From assembly GCA_963674735.2 (NCBI GenBank), contig CAXXQS010000001.1, positions 928,001-992,000 on the forward strand: a stretch of 64,000 nucleotides of DNA, written 5' to 3'. The notes beneath the pieces are model-generated. The model worked only from the letters and a program-made list of their open reading frames with translations. It was not told the DNA's origin and made no database searches. A program made the translations under genes and the position numbers. This stretch comes from Myxococcota bacterium (GTDB lineage: Bacteria; Myxococcota_A; SURF-8). How positions within the stretch are numbered: position 1 is the stretch's first letter; each line of letters opens with the position of its first letter. This document shows, piece by piece, positions 58,347-64,000 of the stretch.

Positions 58347-60104
58347 GTGAAACCGTTGAAGACCACTTACTTGGGGTTGCTAGTCGGGGCGTGGCTTGTT
58401 GTTGTGGTTCTGGCTGGTGTTGTTCTCAGCATCGAGCCGGGACGGGATACGATGGCAAACCGGTTCGGAGAAGTTGCCTGGGATCACGAACTGCATGCCC
58501 GTGATGCGGTGAAGAACTGTCAGAGCTGCCACCACACCTCCCATCCGGGTGAATCCGATCCGCAGGCATGCCGTAATTGTCACAAAAATCCCAGCCTGTC
58601 AGATTCCGTTTACGCTTTGGCTATGACGGCGAAAAAAGGTCCGGCGGGAAAAGTCGAGAAAGAAGTTCCATCCCGCCGCAAAGCCTTCCACAAAAGTTGC
58701 ATCGGCTGTCATACCGCCGTAGCGAAAGGTCCGGTTGCTTGCCGCGAATGCCACATGCAGGTTTTCCCCACTGAGCAGGGCTCGACGGGTTTCGATCACA
58801 TCGGGTATGCCATCGAGAACGAACAGCGCTGCGAGTCCTGCCACGAGAAAGGGAAACCAGCCAACCTTAAAGGTGCAGAATGGGATAATTGCGCCTCTTG
58901 CCACGCCGAGGGACACATTCACGCTGAATGGGACAAGGAAACGCCGTTTAACCACTACCCGTTGTTCGCCGGAACGGGGGGCGAGGTGGTTTGGGACCAT
59001 CGGGGACATATTCTCGAACACATGGATTTCGAGGGACGTTCGCAGGATTGTCAGAGTTGCCATCACATGGATGCCGAGTTGTCGCCCCAGGCCTATCGCC
59101 GTTGCGATCAGTGCCACAAAGCCGCCGACAGCGAGCCGATGGCCAACGGTAAGGTGATACCCTCACGTAAGCGTGCTTTGCACGGAGTGTGTCTCGATTG
59201 CCATGATGCGCGCGACCGTGCACTTCCGGAAGAGATGCCGAAAAGCTGCAACGACTGCCACCGCAAAGCTCTTCATTACGAGGAAAGCCGCTTCGGACTG
59301 ATCACCTGGTCTCACGATGCCCATGGCAACAATGCCGGAGTCGGATGCACCTACTGCCATCACACGGATCCGGAAGAGGGGCCCATGCAGGCTTGTTCCG
59401 AATGCCATTTCGAGGGTCAGGTTGGTAATTTCAAAACGTTGAAGAATTTGACTCACACGAACTGCGTCAACTGTCATTCGCTGGAACGGGCTGATGTACA
59501 GGACATGCTGAAGTGGAAAAACATTCGTACCTGCGATGCCTGTCACGTTGCCGGACCGAAGGCGAATCTCAATACGGCGCGGGCCACTTACCTGGCGAAA
59601 CATGGGAACCTGACGCTGCAGAGCGTCACGCATTCGCTTTGTTGGAAATGCCACAAGCAAAGCGGGGCGGGACCAGGTGCCGATAATTGCCGTGGCTGCC
59701 ATGCATATCCGCGTGCTCGCCAAACAGCCTATGATGCTATGAAGCAAGCCGAGACAGAGCCGGAAGAATTGACGTTGCCTGAGGTTGAGTCCATTTCGCC
59801 GATGGCTTATCAAACCCATCGGATGCATGTCGATGTGGCGGGGATTCCCTGCTTCGATTGCCATCACAACATGCGTCCCAGCGAAAACGCCAAGCGAATA
59901 CTGAAAGACTTCAACGGCCCGACGGAAGGCTGCAAAATCGGAGGCGTGCTCGACGATTGTCGACCGCAGGCCGAAGATCCGCAACATTGCGCCAACTGTC
60001 ATGGCCAGGCGGCTTATCCGATTTCCGGAGAAAGACAAGCCCTGAGCGGCCTGTGCAACGGCTGTCACCAGGAATTCGGTCTCGAATTGCCGATGGGCGA
60101 TTGA
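58347..60104 (+). CDS. Multiheme cytochrome c (c3/Hmc-type), 19 CxxCH motifs
   Basis: N-terminal hydrophobic segment, repeated V.WDH..H...CxxCHH c3-type units, and 19 CxxCH motifs counted by hand. Confidence 0.9.
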   Translation: MKPLKTTYLGLLVGAWLVVVVLAGVVLSIEPGRDTMANRFGEVAWDHELHARDAVKNCQSCHHTSHPGESDPQACRNCHKNPSLSDSVYALAMTAKKGPAGKVEKEVPSRRKAFHKSCIGCHTAVAKGPVACRECHMQVFPTEQGSTGFDHIGYAIENEQRCESCHEKGKPANLKGAEWDNCASCHAEGHIHAEWDKETPFNHYPLFAGTGGEVVWDHRGHILEHMDFEGRSQDCQSCHHMDAELSPQAYRRCDQCHKAADSEPMANGKVIPSRKRALHGVCLDCHDARDRALPEEMPKSCNDCHRKALHYEESRFGLITWSHDAHGNNAGVGCTYCHHTDPEEGPMQACSECHFEGQVGNFKTLKNLTHTNCVNCHSLERADVQDMLKWKNIRTCDACHVAGPKANLNTARATYLAKHGNLTLQSVTHSLCWKCHKQSGAGPGADNCRGCHAYPRARQTAYDAMKQAETEPEELTLPEVESISPMAYQTHRMHVDVAGIPCFDCHHNMRPSENAKRILKDFNGPTEGCKIGGVLDDCRPQAEDPQHCANCHGQAAYPISGERQALSGLCNGCHQEFGLELPMGD

Positions 60105-60215
60105 CCGACTCGAAGATTGATGTCCGGCTTCTAGCCGTGTTTCGGAGATGATTGAAATAATCCTCGCCTGATGGCGGGGATATTTTGTGTATGCATCCCA
60201 GGTTTAGCAAGCAAG

Positions 60216-61574
60216 TCAGTTAGTCGAGAATGGACCGGATCTGTGTTTACGGGGCTCGATCAGGATCAGAGTCATATCCATGACGTTGGTCAAGGTCGGA
60301 CCGGTGATCGAAAGCGAATCGATTGCTTTGAAGAAGTGATACGAGTCGTTATCTTGCAGATACGAGATTGCGGACAAGCCTACTGTGTTTCCGTGTTGCA
60401 CTGTTTTACCGCATGCAAATGCACCTGCGGCATCGGTTGGTCCATCGGAACCATCTGTTCCGGCGCACAAAACATAGATACCCTCCGTGCCGCTGAGTTC
60501 TATCGCCATGGCCAAGGCCAATTCCTGGTTGCGACCACCCTTGCCCTTGCCGTTGATATGGACGGTTGTTTCTCCTCCGGCGACAAGCAGCAAGGGTTTC
60601 AAAAGGGAATCAAGACGTTTCGCCTTTGCCTGATCAGCCAGAATTTTTGCGACATCTCGGGCTTCTCCCTCGATAGCGGAACTCAATATTTCAACATCGA
60701 AATCCAGTTCAGCCGCCGCTAAACACGTGGCCTCTATCGCTAGTTTATTGGTTGCGATCAAGTGGTTGCTGACATGCGAAAGAGACTGCGCGCTTTTCGG
60801 CGTTTCGGATCGCCGTCCCAGGCTTCCTTCTGCAAGATGCTGCATGACGTCATCCGGGAGTTGCTTGGCTATGTCGTATGACTCAATGATTCTTAAACAG
60901 TCGGAAAACGTGGATGAATCCAAAACGGTCGGCCCCGATCCGATAACGGACAGATCATCTCCAATCACATCGGAAACAATCAAAGATATAACGGTCGAAG
61001 GAAGTGCGATTTCCGCCAAACGTCCACCTTTTACGGCGGAGGTGTGCTTGCGGATGGTATTGATTTCGTGGATGGTTGCGCCGCAGCCGAGAAGAGTTTC
61101 GGAAATCTTTTGTTTGTGAGAGAGATCGAGCGGGGCTACCGGAGCGATCATCAAGGCGCTGCTGCCGCCGGTGATACAACAGATCACCAAGTCTTTTTGC
61201 GTGCAATTTTCAAGACGGCGGATGATGGCATGGGTTGCTTCAACGCCATGCATATCCGGAACCGGATGAGAGGCTTCCCAGCAACGAACATACGAAAGCT
61301 CTTGCGCATGACCCGTTTTGACAACGATGTCGCCACCGGAAATGCGGTCTCCCAGCATGTTTTCCAGGGCAATCGCCATGGGTGCAGCGCCTTTGCCTCC
61401 ACCGACGATATGTATGCGTTCGAAAAGACCAAGATCGATGTGGCTGTCTCCTATGTGGAGATAATCGTCTTCCAGGTTTAAATTTCGATAGACGGCCTGA
61501 TCGGTTTTTACCGCCGCAACACCTTTATCGAAAAGCATTTGCAGGATGGAATCGTGTTTAATGGAATGGAGCAT
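60216..61574 (-). CDS. Glycerate kinase type 2 (MOFRL family)
   Basis: GGGKGA, HPVPD, GGSSAL, GGETTV, GGRNQE, GTDGSDG and TNVMD motifs. Confidence 0.88.
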   Translation of the reverse strand: MLHSIKHDSILQMLFDKGVAAVKTDQAVYRNLNLEDDYLHIGDSHIDLGLFERIHIVGGGKGAAPMAIALENMLGDRISGGDIVVKTGHAQELSYVRCWEASHPVPDMHGVEATHAIIRRLENCTQKDLVICCITGGSSALMIAPVAPLDLSHKQKISETLLGCGATIHEINTIRKHTSAVKGGRLAEIALPSTVISLIVSDVIGDDLSVIGSGPTVLDSSTFSDCLRIIESYDIAKQLPDDVMQHLAEGSLGRRSETPKSAQSLSHVSNHLIATNKLAIEATCLAAAELDFDVEILSSAIEGEARDVAKILADQAKAKRLDSLLKPLLLVAGGETTVHINGKGKGGRNQELALAMAIELSGTEGIYVLCAGTDGSDGPTDAAGAFACGKTVQHGNTVGLSAISYLQDNDSYHFFKAIDSLSITGPTLTNVMDMTLILIEPRKHRSGPFSTN

Positions 61575-61588
61575 ATTCGATGAGACTC

Positions 61589-62872
61589 TCAGACGTTTGG
61601 GTTCAGAGGAATGACATAGGGCCCTTCTGGAATAACGGCTATTCGTCGATCCTCGGATCTTTGCACCCAATCCAGAACTGAACGTTCGAGTTCCGAAACA
61701 TTCAATACGCCGGTAAGGGTGCGTTCTTCTTTATCAAGACCTTCGGTGTAAAGCGCGTAGGATCCTTTCAGCATTACCTCGGCCAGTAACTGCGTTTGCC
61801 ACTCGTCGATGTCGGCGGTCGGTTTGCGTTCAAGTTCTTTCAAGAAACCGGAGGGGCCCAGATTGACCAAACGCTTCTGTGCTTCTCTGAATTTTATCGA
61901 GCCAAATCCTTTTGCGCAGCGAGAGACAACGAACATTTTTCCCTCGGGCGCGAGTGCTCCGGCCGCCCCAACCATTCCTTTGATCGTCTGATAATACGTG
62001 TTATCCAAAGGATGCCCAGCCGAGGTTGTGATAACGGTTGTATAGGGATCATCGATCTGAATTTCACCGTATCTTTTGAAATAGTTCACGGCTTGCAAGT
62101 GGCTTTCGACCAGTTCTCCGAAATTCAGATAACAGATCTTTCTGTTTTCATCCAGGACGACATTTACCGCATAAGTCGGTCCGACTTGTTTGGCGATACG
62201 CAATTGCTCTTCGTGTAAGGGATTGCCGGATAATATGCAGTTCGAAGCTGCAGGCTGACTGAGAACGGAATAGGCATGTAGATGCGAGATCGTTTCAGTC
62301 GAAGCGACGCCCGGTGCAATCAGTTTGCGTCCACCCGAATATCCGGCCATAAAATGCGGTTCAACCAAACCGACAACGATCCTCACGTCTGCCTCGACAA
62401 ACCGCCTGTCCAAGTGAATGGGAGTGCCATTGGGTGTGCTGCCGAGTGATAGATGCCGGCTGCGTTCGGTCGCATCGTGACTGACGACGCGGGTTCGATC
62501 GAAGAGACGGTCGTCCCCAACCGTTTCACGCAAGGTGTCTTGCGAAAGAGGTTCGTGAAGACCCGTTGCGACAAGAATCGTCACGTTGCTTGTGTCGACA
62601 CCGGCCAATTCAAGTTGTTTGACTATTTCAGGAAGAATCAACCCGTTGGGAACGGGGCGGGTATCGTCGCAAATAAGGATACAGACCGATTTATTTCCAC
62701 GGACCGCCTGCACCAACGGCTCCGCTTGCATCGGGGATTCGAGAGACGCAACAAGATGTTTCCGTGGATCATCAAGTGGCTTCATCGGATGCTTGCGAAT
62801 GATCGTTACGTCCAGATCATCGGGAAGCACAAGATTGTATCCGGTCTCACCGTAATAAAGCTTGTAAATCAT
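61589..62872 (-). CDS. Nickel-pincer-dependent lactate racemase (LarA) family protein
   Basis: DDTRP, ATGLH, PHFMAGYSGGRK and YQTIKG motifs. Confidence 0.88.
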   Translation of the reverse strand: MIYKLYYGETGYNLVLPDDLDVTIIRKHPMKPLDDPRKHLVASLESPMQAEPLVQAVRGNKSVCILICDDTRPVPNGLILPEIVKQLELAGVDTSNVTILVATGLHEPLSQDTLRETVGDDRLFDRTRVVSHDATERSRHLSLGSTPNGTPIHLDRRFVEADVRIVVGLVEPHFMAGYSGGRKLIAPGVASTETISHLHAYSVLSQPAASNCILSGNPLHEEQLRIAKQVGPTYAVNVVLDENRKICYLNFGELVESHLQAVNYFKRYGEIQIDDPYTTVITTSAGHPLDNTYYQTIKGMVGAAGALAPEGKMFVVSRCAKGFGSIKFREAQKRLVNLGPSGFLKELERKPTADIDEWQTQLLAEVMLKGSYALYTEGLDKEERTLTGVLNVSELERSVLDWVQRSEDRRIAVIPEGPYVIPLNPNV

Positions 62873-62873
62873 C

Positions 62874-63911
62874 TTACCACTTGGCGTAATGTTCTTCGCA
62901 GAATCCGAACAATTCGATTTCGAAAGATTTCCCATGGTGAACCAAGGTGCCCTTGAATGTCCCGAAAGGCTGGTGCAGACTACTGGCAACCAATCCTAAA
63001 TTGATCTTTTCATACCGTTCGGTGCCGGGTTGAAAGGTTAAATCGAGCAATCCGTCTTCGGTTCTTATTTTCCATGGCTTACCAAGAACATCCTGGGAAT
63101 CGTATTCGAACCCGACACTGGACAGGACACAAGGATCGCCGTCTAGCCATATCGTGTTCTGGCTGTACTGGCCATCCACCAATCCTCTCGAACAGTTAAT
63201 GCCGACCGGGCGACCATCCGAATCTCTTCCAACCGCACAGGCCCAATTCCAGGTCGTTGCGCGCGGGGGAGTAGAAGCCGTCCAATCATAGAGCGCGAGT
63301 GCTGAATCCGACAACCGATACTCCTGGCCATTAACCTTGATGATTCCTTTCGCCAGTTGACCTGCGGATTTGTATGTGTAATGAAAGCCATGCGTATCTT
63401 GCGGACAGAGGGCGGAAACGCCGGTTCCCGGTTCGTTCAGGGTGATATCGGCGCTGAATTCGGGACCGAAGTCAAGTTTGAGATGGCGTTCGCCGTTGTT
63501 GTCGGTGTTATCGGTACGGATATATGTTGTGCCCTTTCTGATTTCACTGATGCCGCTATCGGCGGAGGCAGAAAAGGAAGTTCCTTTTGCCAGCGGCTTT
63601 TTGATGTTGAATTCGATGAGGGACTGCTTTTTGCGGTCGAACAGATAGGCAAAGCCGGTCGCCAAGTATTGAATGTGGGCAATGGCCGCGCCGAGGACAA
63701 AATTTTCGTCGATAACCCCGTAAAATTGCCAGCGTTTAAAACGTTTTTGTTTGCCGCCGATGCCGATGGGGAAGGGAAGGGCTTTGAGCTTTCCGTAATC
63801 GAATTCCTGAGCATTGATTTCCGAGACAGGCCCGGCGAATGTCCCGAATGGGACCGATTTATCAGGCAAAACCAGTTTTTCAGGTGCGGGCTTGAGTGTG
63901 TTCGGACACAT
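62874..63911 (-). CDS. DUF2804-like protein
   Basis: KRW.FY, TTWNWA, QNTIWLDG, LDLTF.P, QPFGTF.G and GFCEEHYAKW pattern. Confidence 0.7.
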   Translation of the reverse strand: MCPNTLKPAPEKLVLPDKSVPFGTFAGPVSEINAQEFDYGKLKALPFPIGIGGKQKRFKRWQFYGVIDENFVLGAAIAHIQYLATGFAYLFDRKKQSLIEFNIKKPLAKGTSFSASADSGISEIRKGTTYIRTDNTDNNGERHLKLDFGPEFSADITLNEPGTGVSALCPQDTHGFHYTYKSAGQLAKGIIKVNGQEYRLSDSALALYDWTASTPPRATTWNWACAVGRDSDGRPVGINCSRGLVDGQYSQNTIWLDGDPCVLSSVGFEYDSQDVLGKPWKIRTEDGLLDLTFQPGTERYEKINLGLVASSLHQPFGTFKGTLVHHGKSFEIELFGFCEEHYAKW

Positions 63912-63926
63912 CTTTCCAAACTCCTG

Positions 63927-64000
63927 TCATTTCAAGGTTTTAGTGAACCAGTCCACAATGGCCGGTAAGACGAGCGGGATGGCATCGTGGAAGATCATGT
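63927..64000 (-). CDS. 3' end of a probable alpha/beta hydrolase (partial)
   Basis: Translates as ...MIFHDAIPLVLPAIVDWFTKTLK*, with the stop just upstream of the next gene's RBS. Confidence 0.35.
   Translation of the reverse strand, partial: MIFHDAIPLVLPAIVDWFTKTLK

Overview
This 64 kb window looks like the chromosome of an anaerobic Myxococcota/Deltaproteobacteria-like bacterium. The evidence is MYXO-CTERM-like sorting tails, many lipoproteins with Asp-Gly-Asp linkers, an Rnf operon and a c3-type multiheme cytochrome. Most of it encodes secreted or lipoprotein hydrolases (GH5, GH84, GH36, SGNH, M14, M36/M4, lipase) and housekeeping genes (rarA, bcp, MMPL/PAP2, rnfCDGEAB, larA-like, glycerate kinase). 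The most notable part is a ~9.3 kb degraded phage/satellite-like island (about 7250-16520) abutting the 3' end of tRNA-Pro(CGG). It carries a family A DNA polymerase, SSB-like and wHTH genes, an origin-like repeat cluster and a co-oriented ubiquitin-like module. That module comprises a Ubl ending GG-VATHQ, a large coiled-coil/E2-like/4x Cys-repeat protein and a JAMM (JAB) protease. No E1 is present, and an apparently truncated fourth gene follows the JAB gene. Other highlights are a membrane-anchored P-loop/TPR protein with 138-nt near-identical repeats varying at one residue pair, and an orphan cluster of co-oriented DnaA boxes. A His-less sensor kinase, a Bcp with a histone-H1-like tail and a divergent Rnf with a 19-CxxCH cytochrome also stand out. 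The frameshifts at 24.4-28.4 kb are probably sequencing indels. All calls come from motif reading by eye; no database searches were run.
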